DNA of 64,000 nt from Janthinobacterium lividum (GCA_050954785.1 JBPBQO010000146.1:7226-71225), one strand, 5' to 3'; numbered from the stretch's first letter, positions 39,970 through 52,192 are shown. Numbers and translations: made by a program. Notes: generated from the letters alone by a model not told the origin.

Positions 39970-40719
39970 ATGGCTGATCTGTTCGATACCCTGACACCCG
40001 CGCCCGGCGAGGCGGTGGGCTTGGCGCCCGATGCCTGGCTGTTGCCGGGTTTCGCCGGCACGGAAGCGCAGGCATTGCTGGCCGACCTGCTTGCCGTGGC
40101 GGAGGAGTCGCCGTTCCGCCATCTCGTCACGCCGGGCGGCGCTACGATGTCGGTGGCGATGACCAACTGCGGCGGCCTGGGCTGGATCAGCGATCGTCGC
40201 GGCTATCGCTACGAGCCGGTCGACCCGCTTACCTCCCGATCCTGGCCAACGATGCCGGATCGGTTCCTGCACTTGGCGCGGCGAGCCTCCGATGCTGCCG
40301 GCTTCCCCGGCTTTGCGCCGGACGCATGCCTGATCAACCGCTACGTGCCCCGATCCAAGCTGTCGCTGCACCAGGACCGCGACGAGCTGGATCTCGATGC
40401 CCCGATCGTGTCCGTATCGCTCGGTCTGCCAGCGGTGTTCATGTTCGGCGGCCAGGCTCGCGGCGCGTGCGCATCCCGGCACCGCCTGCAGAGCGGTGAT
40501 GTCGCCGTCTGGGGCGGCGCATCCAGACTGGCCTTCCATGGCATCGCGCCGCTTGCGGACGGCACGCACCACCTGACCGGGCCGTTCCGCTACAACCTGA
40601 CCTTCCGAAAGGTCACGTCCGACTCAGGGTCGGGGGCAGTCCGGAGCGGTAAACTCCCCGTCGTCGCACTTTCGTTCCTGCCGGAATGGGAGGATAAGAG
40701 CGCCATTCCAGGTATATGA
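39970..40719 (+). CDS. alkB: DNA oxidative demethylase AlkB (with C-terminal extension)
   Basis: TPGG..MSV.MTNCG..GW.SDR.GYRY, CLINRY, LHQD, FHGI, RYNLTFR. Confidence 0.93.
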   Translation: MADLFDTLTPAPGEAVGLAPDAWLLPGFAGTEAQALLADLLAVAEESPFRHLVTPGGATMSVAMTNCGGLGWISDRRGYRYEPVDPLTSRSWPTMPDRFLHLARRASDAAGFPGFAPDACLINRYVPRSKLSLHQDRDELDLDAPIVSVSLGLPAVFMFGGQARGACASRHRLQSGDVAVWGGASRLAFHGIAPLADGTHHLTGPFRYNLTFRKVTSDSGSGAVRSGKLPVVALSFLPEWEDKSAIPGI

Positions 40720-40771
40720 GGGCTGTTTCGCGCGGTTCGCCTGCCTGACAGAGGATCCGGAAGCCAGATCG

Positions 40772-42163
40772 ATGAGCGCTGTTCTATCTGCGACAGGCCC
40801 GACCCGCCCAGCCTGGACCCCCGACACGTGGCGCTCGTTCCCGATCAGCCAGGCGCCGTCCTATCCGGACCAGGACGCGCTCGACACGGTCGAGGCGCGT
40901 CTGCGCGGATATCCGCCGCTGGTGTTCGCGGGTGAGGCACGTCGGCTGAAGCAGCAGCTCGCACTCGCTGCCCAGGGCCGTGCCTTCGTGCTGCAGGGCG
41001 GCGCCTGTGCCGAGAGCTTCGGCGAGTTCAAGGCGGACATCATCCGCGACACTTTTCGCGTGCTGCTGCAGATGGCGGTGGTGCTGACTTTCGGCGCCAA
41101 GGTGCCGGTGGTGAAGATCGGCCGCATGGCCGGCCAGTATGCCAAGCCGCGTTCCTCCGGCATGGAGATCATGGCCGGCGAGACGCTGCCGTCCTATCGC
41201 GGCGACATCATCAACGGTCCGGACTTCACCTCGGCGGACCGTGTGCCCGACCCGGTGCGGATGGAAACCGGATATTTCCAGTCGGCCGGCACGCTCAACC
41301 TGCTGCGCGCTTTCGCCGGCGGCGGCTATGCCAACCTGCACCAGGTGCATCGCTGGAATCTCGGTTTCGTCGAGCGCAGCCCGCTGGCGGCCCGCTACCA
41401 GGATCTGGCCCAGCGGATCGACGAGACGCTGGAGTTCATGGGGGCCTGCGGCCTGTCGGCCAATGCGCCGCAGGTCAACGAGACCGAGTTCTATACCAGT
41501 CACGAGGCGCTGCTGCTGCCGTACGAGCAGGCGCTGACCCGGGTCGATTCCACCACCGGCGACTGGTACGGCTGCTCGGCGCATTTCCTTTGGATCGGCG
41601 ACCGCACCCGCCAGCCGGACGGCGCGCATGTCGAATACCTGCGCGGCGTGCGCAATCCGATCGGCCTCAAGGTCGGTCCGACCACCACCACCGACGATTT
41701 GCTTCGGCTGATCGATCTGCTCAATCCGCACGAGGAAGCCGGACGCCTGACGCTGATCAGCCGGATGGGCGCCGAGGGAGTCGCCCGTCATTTGCCGCCG
41801 TTGCTCCGGGCGGTGCAGAAGGCCGGCCGCAAGGTGGTCTGGCTGTGCGACCCGATGCACGGCAACACCATCAGCACCGCCTCCAAGATCAAGACCCGCT
41901 CGTTCGATGCGATCCTGTCGGAGCTGCGAGGCTTCTTCGACGTGTTCGCGGCCGAGGGCGCATGGCCCGGCGGCATCCATGTCGAGATGACCGGCCAGGA
42001 TGTCACCGAATGCGTCGGCGGTGCGCACCGTCTGACCGAAGCCGATCTCGGCAACCGCTACGAGACCTTCTGCGACCCGCGCCTCAACGCGGAGCAGTCG
42101 CTCGAGATGGCGTTCCTGGTCGCTGAGGAACTGACCGCGCGACGTCGCGCCAATGCACGGTGA
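40772..42163 (+). CDS. Class II DAHP synthase
   Basis: [60 protein letters not shown]. Confidence 0.95.
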   Translation: MSAVLSATGPTRPAWTPDTWRSFPISQAPSYPDQDALDTVEARLRGYPPLVFAGEARRLKQQLALAAQGRAFVLQGGACAESFGEFKADIIRDTFRVLLQMAVVLTFGAKVPVVKIGRMAGQYAKPRSSGMEIMAGETLPSYRGDIINGPDFTSADRVPDPVRMETGYFQSAGTLNLLRAFAGGGYANLHQVHRWNLGFVERSPLAARYQDLAQRIDETLEFMGACGLSANAPQVNETEFYTSHEALLLPYEQALTRVDSTTGDWYGCSAHFLWIGDRTRQPDGAHVEYLRGVRNPIGLKVGPTTTTDDLLRLIDLLNPHEEAGRLTLISRMGAEGVARHLPPLLRAVQKAGRKVVWLCDPMHGNTISTASKIKTRSFDAILSELRGFFDVFAAEGAWPGGIHVEMTGQDVTECVGGAHRLTEADLGNRYETFCDPRLNAEQSLEMAFLVAEELTARRRANAR

Positions 42164-43358
42164 CCGTCCCGTGAGCGATGTCTCCGGCGTCTCAAAGGTG
42201 ACCGACGACGCGTCGATCACGGCGCGAACCGACGCCTACTTCAACCGGACCCGGACGATCGTCGGCCATTACGGCGATGTCCGCGTTACCTATGCGCTGT
42301 TCCTGCGCCGTCCGGTCATCGCCGCTTGCCGGCTGATGACGGACTGGCTGCTTGGCGTGGCATCCGCTCGTGGCCTCGATATCGAGGTCGAGCAAAACTT
42401 CGCGGAAGGCGATTGGGTCGGGGCAGGCGAGCCGCTGGTCTATGTGACGGGCAGCTTCCAGGGACTGGTCGATCTCGAGACGCTGCTGCTGCAGAAGCTC
42501 GGGCCGGCCTGCGTCGCCGCGCACAATGCGTACCAGATGTGCCTCGGCCTGCCGCAGGTGCGATTCCTTGCGATGGAAGCCAGGCACTGCGCCGGCTTCG
42601 AGATGCAGGAGATGATGGCCTATGCCGCGTCGGTCGGCGGGCGCGCGGCACAGAAGGAAGGCGCACTCGGCTTCGTCGGATGCGCCAACGATGCGACTGC
42701 CCATTTCTATGGGGCTGCGTCCGGCTTCGGCACCATGCCGCATGCCCTGATCGGTTATGCCGGCTCGACTCTGCGTGCGGCCGAGATGTTCCATGAGAGC
42801 TTCCCGGACGTCGATCTCACCGTGCTGACCGACTATTTCGGCCGCGAGATCACCGATGGGCTGGAGGTCTGCTGCCGGTTTCCCGAGCTGGCGGCTGCCG
42901 GCCGGATGGCGGTCCGGCTGGACACGCATGGCGGCCGGTTCCTGGAGGGGCTGGACCCGCAACTGAGCTACGCGGTGATCGAGCGGCACGTGCCGGGTGC
43001 GATCCGCCGCTATCGCAGCGAGACCGAACTGCGTCACCTGGTCGGCACCGGCGTTTCGGCGGCGGCGATCTGGCGCATGCGCGAGGCGCTGGACGAGGCG
43101 GGTTTCCCCGCGGTCCGCATCATCGCATCGTCCGGCTTCGGCGTGGATAAATGCCGGGTGATGGCCGACGCCAGGGCGCCGATCGACGTGGTCGGCACCG
43201 GCAGCTTCATTCCCGATAGCTGGTCCGAGACCTATGCGACCGCCGACATCGTCGCCTATGACAGCGTCCCGCGGGTCAAGGTGGGTCGCGAGTTCCTGTT
43301 GCGGAAAATCGAGGACCGGCCAGGCCGTGGCCGATCCCATACGAAAGACGATGCATGA
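42153..43358 (+). CDS. Nicotinate phosphoribosyltransferase-like protein (start may be GTG 42171)
   Basis: [29 protein letters not shown] type II PRTase motifs. Confidence 0.75.
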   Translation: MHGDRPVSDVSGVSKVTDDASITARTDAYFNRTRTIVGHYGDVRVTYALFLRRPVIAACRLMTDWLLGVASARGLDIEVEQNFAEGDWVGAGEPLVYVTGSFQGLVDLETLLLQKLGPACVAAHNAYQMCLGLPQVRFLAMEARHCAGFEMQEMMAYAASVGGRAAQKEGALGFVGCANDATAHFYGAASGFGTMPHALIGYAGSTLRAAEMFHESFPDVDLTVLTDYFGREITDGLEVCCRFPELAAAGRMAVRLDTHGGRFLEGLDPQLSYAVIERHVPGAIRRYRSETELRHLVGTGVSAAAIWRMREALDEAGFPAVRIIASSGFGVDKCRVMADARAPIDVVGTGSFIPDSWSETYATADIVAYDSVPRVKVGREFLLRKIEDRPGRGRSHTKDDA

Positions 43359-43858
43359 CCGACGATGAATTTCCTCCGGAAGGCGAGCCGTTTTCGTCCG
43401 AGGGAGGACTGTTCGCGCCTGAAGGCGGCTGGGTGGTGCGGCTTCTCGACCAGTCCGGCGCTTCCGACGACGACATCGTCGAGGAGATCAAGGGCTTCCC
43501 GACGCTGATGCAGGCGAACGCGTTCTGCCAGGCCTATGTAAGGGATAGCGTCGAGCGCTGCCGCGTGGCCGGCGCGACGGCGCGCGAGGTGCTCGCCTCC
43601 TGGTTCGCGTTCGGAGAGGATGCCGAGGTGATCGATGCCGGCGAGTCCGGATGGCGCTCATCCGGCGAACTCGAGGATTTCGCGGCGACCCCGAGTACCG
43701 AGATCGAGCGCGACTGGCGTTCGATCGACCCGCGCGGCGAGGCCCTGGATCCGGGCCATGAGCCGGACGACGAGGACGAGCCCGACGACGCCGAGGAGCA
43801 CGACGAGCACGGCGAGCCCGACGACGAAGCGTGGCCGTTGCCCAGGCATAAATCGTGA
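43355..43858 (+). CDS. Acidic hypothetical protein
   Basis: Overlaps flanking genes by 4 nt at both ends; D/E-rich tail. Confidence 0.7.
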   Translation: MTDDEFPPEGEPFSSEGGLFAPEGGWVVRLLDQSGASDDDIVEEIKGFPTLMQANAFCQAYVRDSVERCRVAGATAREVLASWFAFGEDAEVIDAGESGWRSSGELEDFAATPSTEIERDWRSIDPRGEALDPGHEPDDEDEPDDAEEHDEHGEPDDEAWPLPRHKS

Positions 43859-45198
43859 AGCTCCGTTTCGCTCCCAGTCCGACCGGGCTGCTGCATGTCG
43901 GCAACGCCCGGCAGGCGGTGGCGAATGCCCTGCATGCGCGCAGGCACGGCGCCGGGTTCCTGCTGCGTATCGACGACACCGATGTCGAACGCTCGCGCGA
44001 GGAGCACGTGCAGGGGATCCAGCAGGATCTGAGCTGGCTCGGCCTCGAGTGGGACGAGATGGTGCGGCAGTCCGAGCGGCAGCCGCGCTATGCGGCGGCA
44101 GCCGAGCGGCTCCGGCATTCCGGCCGGCTCTATCCATGCTTCGAAAGCGAGGAAGAGCTGCGCGCCAAGCGCGAGCTGCGCCTGCGCCAGCGCAAGCCCC
44201 CGGTATACGACCGGGCCATGCTGCGGATGACCCCGGAGCAGCGCACCCAGGCCGAGGCCAACGGCAAGGTGCCATACTGGCGCTTCCGCCTCTCCGACGG
44301 GATGGTTACCTGGGACGATCTGGTCCTCGGACGGTCGCAGGTGAAGCTGCCGTCGATTTCGGACCCGGTGCTGATCCGTGCCGACGGCACAGTGCTCTAT
44401 ACGCTGGCATCCGTAGTCGACGACCTCGAGCTCGGCATCACCCATGTCCTGCGTGGCGAGGACCACGTCACCAACACCGGCGTGCAGCTCGATATTCTCG
44501 AAGCCCTGGGTGGACGGCCGGATCGGTTTACCTTCGCCCATCTGCCGCTGTTGCTGGACGAAGCGGGCGGCAAGCTGTCGAAACGCTTCGACGGGCTGTC
44601 GTTGCGGGCGCTGCGTCATGATGGCATCGAGCCGGCGGCGCTGGTGTCCTACCTGGCACGTCTCGGAACCTCGGAGGATCCTCATCCTCTGTCGTTCGCG
44701 GAACTCGCCTCGACCTATGACGTGCGTCGCGTGTCGAAGTCGCCCGCTCGTTTCGACATGCGCCAGTTGCTGGCGCTGAACCGCCGAACGACCCATCACA
44801 TGTCGTTCGAGCAGGTGCGCGACCGGCTGCCCGCCGGTGCGACGGAGGTGTTCTGGAACGCGGTTCGCGGCAACGTCGATATGTTGTCCGAGATGCGGCA
44901 TTGGTGGGACGTGGTCGGCGGCAGCATCGTGCCGCCGGTGCAGGAGGAGGAGGTCGGCTTCCTGCTGCAGGCGCTCGACGCGCTCCCGGACGACGCGGCC
45001 GAACGGCCGTGGAGCGAGACCACCTGGACCGAGTGGACGACAGCGCTTCGCGAAGCCAGTGGCCGAACCGGTCGGGCCTTGTTCCATCCGCTTCGTCTTG
45101 CGCTGACCGGGGAAGAGAAGGGGCCGGAACTGCGTGATCTACTGCCGATCATGGGTCATGAACGTGTGTCCGGTCGCCTTAGAATGGCCGCAAGTTGA
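43855..45198 (+). CDS. gltX: Glutamate-tRNA ligase
   Basis: RFAPSPTG.LHVGN, LRIDDTD, RGEDH, KLSKR. Confidence 0.95.
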   Translation: MKLRFAPSPTGLLHVGNARQAVANALHARRHGAGFLLRIDDTDVERSREEHVQGIQQDLSWLGLEWDEMVRQSERQPRYAAAAERLRHSGRLYPCFESEEELRAKRELRLRQRKPPVYDRAMLRMTPEQRTQAEANGKVPYWRFRLSDGMVTWDDLVLGRSQVKLPSISDPVLIRADGTVLYTLASVVDDLELGITHVLRGEDHVTNTGVQLDILEALGGRPDRFTFAHLPLLLDEAGGKLSKRFDGLSLRALRHDGIEPAALVSYLARLGTSEDPHPLSFAELASTYDVRRVSKSPARFDMRQLLALNRRTTHHMSFEQVRDRLPAGATEVFWNAVRGNVDMLSEMRHWWDVVGGSIVPPVQEEEVGFLLQALDALPDDAAERPWSETTWTEWTTALREASGRTGRALFHPLRLALTGEEKGPELRDLLPIMGHERVSGRLRMAAS

Positions 45199-45402
45199 AT
45201 TACCGGGTGTTCATGACAAAGATGCAATCCAGCGATGAGTGTCAGACGCCTTTTGTGCAGTGCGGTAATAACGAAACAGGCCCAAAACAACGTGTATGAC
45301 TCGCGGCACACGTGTTTCGAGCCGTTTCGTCTCCTTGGGGCGACTGGTGGTCGTAGTGACGGTCCTGGGATTACACGGATGATGAGATCGACGAGGGATG
45401 GA

Positions 45403-46275
45403 ATGAGAACAAAGATACTGCCGTCATTATCTGGAGCACTTGCTCTGGCGGCAATGACAATGCTCACAGGCTGCAAATATTCGATCCTTGACCCCAAGGG
45501 TGCAGTCGGCATGGCGCAGAAATCGCTCATCCTGACCTCGACCTACGCCATGCTGGTCATTGTGGTCCCGGTGATCATCCTGACCCTCTGGTTCGCGTGG
45601 CGTTATCGCGAAGGCTCCGGCGCGCGTTATGAGCCGGACTGGGCCCATTCTGGCATCATCGAGATCTTCTGCTGGGGCATTCCCTGCGCGATCATCCTGT
45701 TCCTCGGCATCCTGACCTGGACCAGCACGCACGAACTGGACCCCTACAAGCCGCTCGTCAGCGACAAGAAGCCGATCAACATCGAGGTCGTGGCGCTGAA
45801 CTGGAAGTGGCTGTTCATCTACCCGGACCAGGGGATCGCGACGATCAACGAGATCGCCTTCCCGGTCGATACCCCGGTCACCTTCCACATCACGTCCGAC
45901 TCGGTGATGAACTCGTTCTTCATCCCCGAGCTTGGCAGCCAGATCTACGCAATGGCCGGAATGAAGACCCAGTTGCACCTGATCGCCAACCAACAGGGCA
46001 CGTTCCCCGGATTGTCGTCTTTCTATAGCGGCCGTGGCTTCTCTGACATGCACTTCAACGCCATATCCACCACGAACGAGAAGTTCGCCGATTGGGTGGC
46101 CAATGCCAAGAAGTCCCCTTCCGTCATCGATGCCGCGGACTATTCCAAGGTCGCGGCGCCTGAGGAAAAAGCCCCTGTACAGTATTTTTCCACGGTAGAG
46201 CCCAACCTCTTCAACGAGATCATCGCCAAGTATCTTGGCAAGGCCGAGAGCTTCCACTCCGGCATGAAGGAGTAG
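45403..46275 (+). CDS. cyoA: Cytochrome bo3-type ubiquinol oxidase subunit II
   Basis: Lipobox [34 protein letters not shown]. Confidence 0.95.
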   Translation: MRTKILPSLSGALALAAMTMLTGCKYSILDPKGAVGMAQKSLILTSTYAMLVIVVPVIILTLWFAWRYREGSGARYEPDWAHSGIIEIFCWGIPCAIILFLGILTWTSTHELDPYKPLVSDKKPINIEVVALNWKWLFIYPDQGIATINEIAFPVDTPVTFHITSDSVMNSFFIPELGSQIYAMAGMKTQLHLIANQQGTFPGLSSFYSGRGFSDMHFNAISTTNEKFADWVANAKKSPSVIDAADYSKVAAPEEKAPVQYFSTVEPNLFNEIIAKYLGKAESFHSGMKE

Positions 46276-46279
46276 ACCA

Positions 46280-48271
46280 ATGCTGGGAAAGCTCACGCTC
46301 TCGGACATACCCTACGACCAGCCCATCATCATGGGCGCCGCCGGCTTCATGGGCCTGGTGGTGCTGGTCGTTCTTGGCGCCATTACCTATTACCGCAAAT
46401 GGGCCTATCTCTGGTCCGAGTGGATCACCTCGGTGGACCACAAGCGCATCGGCGTGATGTACATCATCGTCGCCCTGGTCATGCTGCTGCGTGGCTTCTC
46501 GGATGCGATCCTGATGCGCTCGCAGCAGATGATGGCCTCGGGCGGGCGGCCCGGCTTCCTTCCGCCGCACCATTACGACCAGATCTTCACCGCCCACGGC
46601 ACCATCATGATCTTTTTCATGGCGATGCCGTTCATGATCGGGCTGATGAACATCGCGGTGCCGCTGCAGATCGGCGCCCGTGACGTCGCCTTCCCGTTCC
46701 TGAACTCGTTCAGCTTCTGGATGACCGCGGTCGGTGCGATCCTGGTCAACGTCTCGCTGGTGATCGGCGAGTTCGGTCAGGTCGGCTGGCTCGCGTATCC
46801 GCCGCTGTCCGAGCTGAAGTTCAGTCCGGGAGTGGGTGTCGACTACTATATCTGGAGTCTCCAGCTTACCGGTCTCGGCACGCTGCTGACCGGCGTGAAC
46901 TTCTTTGTCACCATCGTGAAGATGCGTGCGCCGGGCATGACCTGGATGCGGATGCCGATCTTCACCTGGACCATCCTGTGCACGTCGATCCTCATCATGG
47001 CGGCGTTCCCGATCCTGACCGTCACCTTCGGCATGCTGTCGCTGGACCGCTATCTGGGCATGCACTTCTTCACCAACGAGCTTGGTGGAAACCAGATGAT
47101 GTACATGAACCTCATCTGGTGCTGGGGTCATCCGGAGGTCTACATCCTGATCCTGCCGGCCTTCGGCATCTTCTCCGAAGTGGTTCCGACCTTCGCGCAC
47201 AAGCGGCTGTTCGGCTATGTGGCCATGGTCTACGCGACGGTCTGCATCACCTTCCTGTCGTTCGTCGTCTGGCTGCACCATTTCTTCACGATGGGTTCCG
47301 GCGCCAACGTGAATGCCTTCTTCGGCATCACCACGATGATCATCTCGATCCCGACCGGGGTGAAGATCTTCAACTGGCTGTTCACCATGTATCGCGGCCG
47401 GATCACCTATACGGCGCCCATGCTGTGGACCATCGGCTTCATGGTGACCTTCACCATCGGCGGCATGACCGGCGTCATGCTGGCCCTCCCGGGCAACGAC
47501 TGGGTGCTGCATAACAGCCTGTTCCTGATCGCCCACTTCCATAACGTCATCATCGGCGGCGTGCTGTTCGGCTACCTCGCCGGCTATGCCTACTGGTTCC
47601 CGAAGGCGATGGGCTTCAAGCTGCACGATGGCTGGGGCAAGGCGTCGTTCTGGTGCTGGCTCGTCGGCTTCTACGTCGCGTTCATGCCGCTCTACGCACT
47701 CGGCTTCATGGGCATGACCCGTCGCATGAACCATTACGACAATCCCGCCTGGACTCCCTACCTGATGGTGGCGGCCCTCGGCGCGCTCATCGTGCTTGCA
47801 GGCATCTGCTGCCAGATCATGCAGCTCTATGTCAGCATCCGCGACCGCGCCCAGAACATGGATGTGACCGGCGACCCCTGGGGCGGCCGTACTCTCGAGT
47901 GGTCGACCTCGTCGCCGCCGCCCTTCTACAACTTCGCCGTGCTGCCGCATGTCGATGCACTGGACGCCTTCAACGAAACCAAGAAGCGTGGCGTCGAGGC
48001 ACGTGAGACGCCGGTCTATTCCGACATCCACATGCCGCGGAACACGTCGGCCGGCTTCATCATGTCGGTCGCTGCCGGCGTCGTCGGGTTCGCGTTGATC
48101 TGGCACATCTGGTGGCTCGCCATCGTCGGCATGCTGGTCGTGGTCGGCACCTTCATCGTCCGTTCGTGCAACGACGATATCGACTACTACGTGCCGGCGG
48201 CCGAGGTGGCCCGGATCGAGGGGCTGCACAATGCCCGCGTCGCCAGCCTGGAGCTTACCCATGTCGCCTGA
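46280..48271 (+). CDS. cyoB: Ubiquinol oxidase subunit I
   Basis: [40 protein letters not shown]. Confidence 0.97.
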   Translation: MLGKLTLSDIPYDQPIIMGAAGFMGLVVLVVLGAITYYRKWAYLWSEWITSVDHKRIGVMYIIVALVMLLRGFSDAILMRSQQMMASGGRPGFLPPHHYDQIFTAHGTIMIFFMAMPFMIGLMNIAVPLQIGARDVAFPFLNSFSFWMTAVGAILVNVSLVIGEFGQVGWLAYPPLSELKFSPGVGVDYYIWSLQLTGLGTLLTGVNFFVTIVKMRAPGMTWMRMPIFTWTILCTSILIMAAFPILTVTFGMLSLDRYLGMHFFTNELGGNQMMYMNLIWCWGHPEVYILILPAFGIFSEVVPTFAHKRLFGYVAMVYATVCITFLSFVVWLHHFFTMGSGANVNAFFGITTMIISIPTGVKIFNWLFTMYRGRITYTAPMLWTIGFMVTFTIGGMTGVMLALPGNDWVLHNSLFLIAHFHNVIIGGVLFGYLAGYAYWFPKAMGFKLHDGWGKASFWCWLVGFYVAFMPLYALGFMGMTRRMNHYDNPAWTPYLMVAALGALIVLAGICCQIMQLYVSIRDRAQNMDVTGDPWGGRTLEWSTSSPPPFYNFAVLPHVDALDAFNETKKRGVEARETPVYSDIHMPRNTSAGFIMSVAAGVVGFALIWHIWWLAIVGMLVVVGTFIVRSCNDDIDYYVPAAEVARIEGLHNARVASLELTHVA

Positions 48272-48875
48272 TTCACTCGTCGCGCATCACGGCGAGTTCG
48301 CTGAGGATCACTCCCACGAGCCGAACAACGTGTTCGGCTTCTGGCTCTATCTGATGACGGACTGCATCCTGTTCGCGACCCTGTTCGCAGGGTTCGCGGT
48401 AGCTCGGCATCAGTATGCGGGTGACGTCAGCGGGCGTGACATCTTCAACCTGAGATACGTGGGCGTGGAGACGGCGCTCCTTCTGGTCAGCTCGTCCACC
48501 TACGGCTTCGCCATGATCGGCGCCTACCAGCGCAACCTCCGCCAGGTCATCACCTGGCTGGCGGTGACGTTCCTGCTCGGTGCCGGTTTCGTGGCCATGG
48601 AAATCAACGAGTTCCACCATCTGGTGGCCGAAGGGCATGGCCCGGACAAGAGCGCGTTCCTTTCCGCGTTCTTCACCCTGGTCGCGACGCACGGCCTGCA
48701 CGTCACCTGCGGCCTGATCTGGATGTCGGTGCTGATCTTCCAGATGACCGTGCTGAAGAAGGGCCTGACCACCGTTTACGTGAACCGGCTCATGTGCCTC
48801 AGCCTGTTCTGGCATTTCCTGGACATCGTCTGGATCTGCGTCTTTACACTGGTCTATCTGATGGGGGTCCGGTGA
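48261..48875 (+). CDS. cyoC: Ubiquinol oxidase subunit III
   Basis: [26 protein letters not shown]. Confidence 0.95.
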   Translation: MSPDSLVAHHGEFAEDHSHEPNNVFGFWLYLMTDCILFATLFAGFAVARHQYAGDVSGRDIFNLRYVGVETALLLVSSSTYGFAMIGAYQRNLRQVITWLAVTFLLGAGFVAMEINEFHHLVAEGHGPDKSAFLSAFFTLVATHGLHVTCGLIWMSVLIFQMTVLKKGLTTVYVNRLMCLSLFWHFLDIVWICVFTLVYLMGVR

Positions 48876-49312
48876 TGGATCATCCTGCTCTGCACGGTCA
48901 CTCCCACAAGACCCACATCGAGGGCTCCGGCGGTGCCGGCCATGCCGGATACCGTGCCTACGGCATCGGCTTCGCGCTTTCGGTCATCCTCACGGTCGCC
49001 GCGTTCTATCCGATCATGGTTCCCGGCACGCTGCCGGCCGGATGGATCGTTCCGACGATCGCCGCCCTGGCGATCATCCAGATCTTCGTGCACCTCGTCT
49101 GCTTCCTGCATATGAGTGCTGCCTCGGAGCAGCGCTGGAATGTCACCGCGTTCGGCTTCGCGCTGCTCGTGGTGTTCATCCTGATCACCGGCTCGCTGTG
49201 GATCATGCGCAACGTGTCCGAGAACATGATGACCCCCGAGGTTCCGGCCGCACCGACCGCGAGCCAGGCCCAGGGCACCGAGCCCAAGCCCGGCGGCATG
49301 GGCGGCATGTAG
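48875..49312 (+). CDS. cyoD: Ubiquinol oxidase subunit IV
   Basis: GF.LSVILT, QI.VHL..FLHM, GSLWIM. Confidence 0.93.
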   Translation: MDHPALHGHSHKTHIEGSGGAGHAGYRAYGIGFALSVILTVAAFYPIMVPGTLPAGWIVPTIAALAIIQIFVHLVCFLHMSAASEQRWNVTAFGFALLVVFILITGSLWIMRNVSENMMTPEVPAAPTASQAQGTEPKPGGMGGM

Positions 49313-49340
49313 CCTTCCACGCCTGTTCCTGGCGCCTTCG

Positions 49341-49373
49341 AAAACGCCTGCCGCTTCCCGCGGCAGGCGTTTT
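49341..49373. terminator. Bidirectional intrinsic terminator between cyoD and MATE
   Basis: AAAACGCCTGCCGC-TTCCC-GCGGCAGGCGTTTT perfect stem with A/T flanks. Confidence 0.88.
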
Positions 49374-49380
49374 TCGTTGT

Positions 49381-50757
49381 TCAGCGGTTGGTGCCGGTCC
49401 GGGCCAGGAAGCGCAGCGTCATCATCAGCGCGACCGCGCCGAGTGCCACTGCAAGCCCGGTCCATAAGCCGGCCGCGCCTAGCCCGAGCCGAAACGCCGA
49501 CCATCCGCCGAGCGGTGCGCCGATCGCCCAGTAGCCGATCGTCGCCAGCACCATCGGCACCGCGGTATCGCCCATGCCGCGCAGCGCACCGAGTGCGACC
49601 ACCTGGATTCCGTCCGCCACCTGGAACAGCGCGGCGATGCCGAGCAGCGACACCACGATCCGGATCGCCGCATGGTTCGCGACCACGTGCGGGTCCAGGA
49701 ACAGCGACGCGAGCATATGCGGCACCAGCAGCAGCGTGATGCCGATCGTGCTCATCACCAGCACGACCACGCCGATCGCCGCCAGCCCGGCGCGTCTTGC
49801 TTCCACCAGGTCGCCGGCCCCGAACGCCAGCCCGACCCGGACATTGGCCGCCTGGCCCAGCGAGAGCGGTACCATGAAGATGAAGGCGGTGATGCTCAGT
49901 ACCACCTGATGCGCCGTGAGGGCGGATGCGCCCAGGCGCCCGGCCGCAAGCCCGGCCACCAGGAACAGCAGCGTCTCCGCGGCGATCGTGACCGAGATCG
50001 GGATGCCGATACGAACGATCGTCCAGTTCTCCGCCCGTACGAACCGAGGCGGCGTCACCAGCCGACGGCCGGCCGGACTGCGATGCAACAGGACGAACAG
50101 GATGACGACGGTGAGCCAGAGCGTGAGCGTGGTCGCCAGCGCCGAGCCCCGCAGCCCGAGTGCCGGCAGCAGGTGCCGGCCGGACAGGTCGAAACCATGG
50201 ATCAGGCCATAGTTCAGCAGCCCGTTGACCACCACCATCGGCGGCATTACCCGCAGCAGCAGCCCGGCCTCGTCGATCGCCGGCAGGATCGCCCGCAGCA
50301 TGCCAAGGCAGGCGAGCGAAGCCGGGCAGCCCCAGCGCAATACATCCATGTAGAGCCCGACATCGTTCGCCAGCGCCGGCGGCTCGTGCAGGAGCAGCAG
50401 TGCCGGCTTCACCAGGCTGAAGCCGGCGAAGGCGATCACGCTGAGCACCGCTCCGACGACCAGCCCGGTGCCGTACAGCGAGGCCACGCGACGATCGTCC
50501 CCGGCGCCGAGTGCCTGTGCCGCCAGCACGCCGGCGGCGATCAGCGCACCCTGCAGGATCACCAGCAGGGTAAAGAACAACGAGGCGGCCAAGCCGCCCG
50601 CTGCGAGCGCGCCGCCGCCGATCCCGCCCAGCAGCACGCTGTCGGTCAGGCCCATCGCCATCTGCGACAGGCTCGACAGTGCCAGCGGCACCGCCAGCCG
50701 AAGCAGCGCCTGCGCATGGGCCGTCATCGTCATCCGTGCAGCCAGGTGCGTGGTCAT
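49381..50757 (-). CDS. MATE efflux transporter (NorM-like)
   Basis: LAVPL..S.L.Q.AM..TD..LLG, LNYGLI.G, ADG.QV...GALRG.GDT; GGAG SD. Confidence 0.92.
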   Translation of the reverse strand: MTTHLAARMTMTAHAQALLRLAVPLALSSLSQMAMGLTDSVLLGGIGGGALAAGGLAASLFFTLLVILQGALIAAGVLAAQALGAGDDRRVASLYGTGLVVGAVLSVIAFAGFSLVKPALLLLHEPPALANDVGLYMDVLRWGCPASLACLGMLRAILPAIDEAGLLLRVMPPMVVVNGLLNYGLIHGFDLSGRHLLPALGLRGSALATTLTLWLTVVILFVLLHRSPAGRRLVTPPRFVRAENWTIVRIGIPISVTIAAETLLFLVAGLAAGRLGASALTAHQVVLSITAFIFMVPLSLGQAANVRVGLAFGAGDLVEARRAGLAAIGVVVLVMSTIGITLLLVPHMLASLFLDPHVVANHAAIRIVVSLLGIAALFQVADGIQVVALGALRGMGDTAVPMVLATIGYWAIGAPLGGWSAFRLGLGAAGLWTGLAVALGAVALMMTLRFLARTGTNR

Positions 50758-50821
50758 TCGGTCTCCTCCGCACCATCGGGCGGCTTGAGGGCATGCGGAT
50801 GCGCTTGCCGGCACCGCACCG

Positions 50822-52192
50822 ATGCCGCAAAACCCGCCAATGCCCGAGCTTGTGCTTCATGACAGCCTGACCAGGAAAACGGCACCCTTCGTGCCGCTCG
50901 ATCCCGACCATGTGCGTCTCTATTACTGTGGCCCGACCGTTTACGACCTGGCGCATATCGGCAACCTGCGGGCGATGCTGTCCGCCGACCTGCTGGTCCG
51001 GCTGCTGCGGCTGCTTTATCCGCGCGTGACCTTCGTGCGCAACATCACCGACGTCGACGACAAGATCAACGCGCGCGCCGCCGAGCGCGGCATCGGCATC
51101 GACGTGCTGACCGCGGATACGATCGCCGAGCTGCACGCCGATCTCGCCGCCGCCGGCATACTGGCGCCCGACATCGAGCCACGCGCTACCCACCATATCG
51201 ACGACATGATCGCGTTGATCGGCAGCCTGATCGGATCTGATCATGCCTATGAGGCAGACGGGCACGTGCTGTTCTCGGTGCGCCATTTCGCGGATTACGG
51301 CCGGCTGTCCGGCCGTGATCCTGACGAGTTGATCGCCGGCGCACGGATCGAGGTCGCATCCTACAAGCACGATGCCGGCGACTTCGTGTTATGGAAGCCC
51401 TCGACGCCGGAACTGCCCGGCTGGGACAGCCCATGGGGCCGTGGCCGTCCGGGCTGGCATATCGAGTGCAGTGCCATGGCGCACCGCTATCTCGGCGACA
51501 GCTTCGACATCCATGGCGGCGGCGACGATTTGCTGTTTCCCCACCACGAGAACGAGCGTGCACAGAGCCTGTGCGGCTATCCTGGCAGCCGGTTCGCCAA
51601 CATCTGGCTGCATAACGCGATGCTGCTCGTCGATGGCGAGAAGATGTCGAAGAGCCTCGGGAATTTCTTCACGGTGCGTGAAATTCTGGCCGACACTCCG
51701 CCGGAGGCACTGCGGCTGCTGCTGATGCAGACGCATTACCGGTCGGTACTGAACTTTACCCGTGCCGGGCTGGTCGAGGCACGACGAACGCTCGATCGCT
51801 TCTATCGGGCCATCGAAGCCTGCAACCTGGCGCCGGAGCGTGGCGACGAACCGGTTCCCGTGGCGGTGGTGGACGCGCTGTGCCAGGATCTCAACACTCC
51901 AGGCGTGATGGCCGTGCTGCACCGGCTGGCCGATGCGGCGATTGCGGGCGACGCGACAGCGGGCGAGGGGCTTCGGGCCGCGGGCCGTGCGATCGGCCTG
52001 CTCCGGCTGGACCCCGAGGCCTGGTTCCGTTCGGGCGTCGACGAGCCGGCGATCCAGGCTGCCATCGCTGAACGGCTGCAGGCACGCACGGCGCGAGATT
52101 TCGTTCGGGCCGATGCGATCCGGGCCACGCTGCTGGCGGATGGCATCGTGCTCGAGGATGGACCCGGCGGCACCATCTGGCGTCGCGTATGA
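50822..52192 (+). CDS. cysS: Cysteine-tRNA ligase
   Basis: YYCGPTVYD.AHIGN, GRPGWHIECSAM, FPHHENE, KMSKS. Confidence 0.97.
   Translation: MPQNPPMPELVLHDSLTRKTAPFVPLDPDHVRLYYCGPTVYDLAHIGNLRAMLSADLLVRLLRLLYPRVTFVRNITDVDDKINARAAERGIGIDVLTADTIAELHADLAAAGILAPDIEPRATHHIDDMIALIGSLIGSDHAYEADGHVLFSVRHFADYGRLSGRDPDELIAGARIEVASYKHDAGDFVLWKPSTPELPGWDSPWGRGRPGWHIECSAMAHRYLGDSFDIHGGGDDLLFPHHENERAQSLCGYPGSRFANIWLHNAMLLVDGEKMSKSLGNFFTVREILADTPPEALRLLLMQTHYRSVLNFTRAGLVEARRTLDRFYRAIEACNLAPERGDEPVPVAVVDALCQDLNTPGVMAVLHRLADAAIAGDATAGEGLRAAGRAIGLLRLDPEAWFRSGVDEPAIQAAIAERLQARTARDFVRADAIRATLLADGIVLEDGPGGTIWRRV

Noticed and set aside
43755-43830. GAGCC(G/C)GACGACG repeats
   Set aside because: Simple coding repeats of the acidic EPDD tail, not CRISPR or a mobile repeat
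45403-49312. cyo operon lacking cyoE
   Set aside because: Expected in acetic acid bacteria, where heme O synthase is encoded elsewhere; not novel
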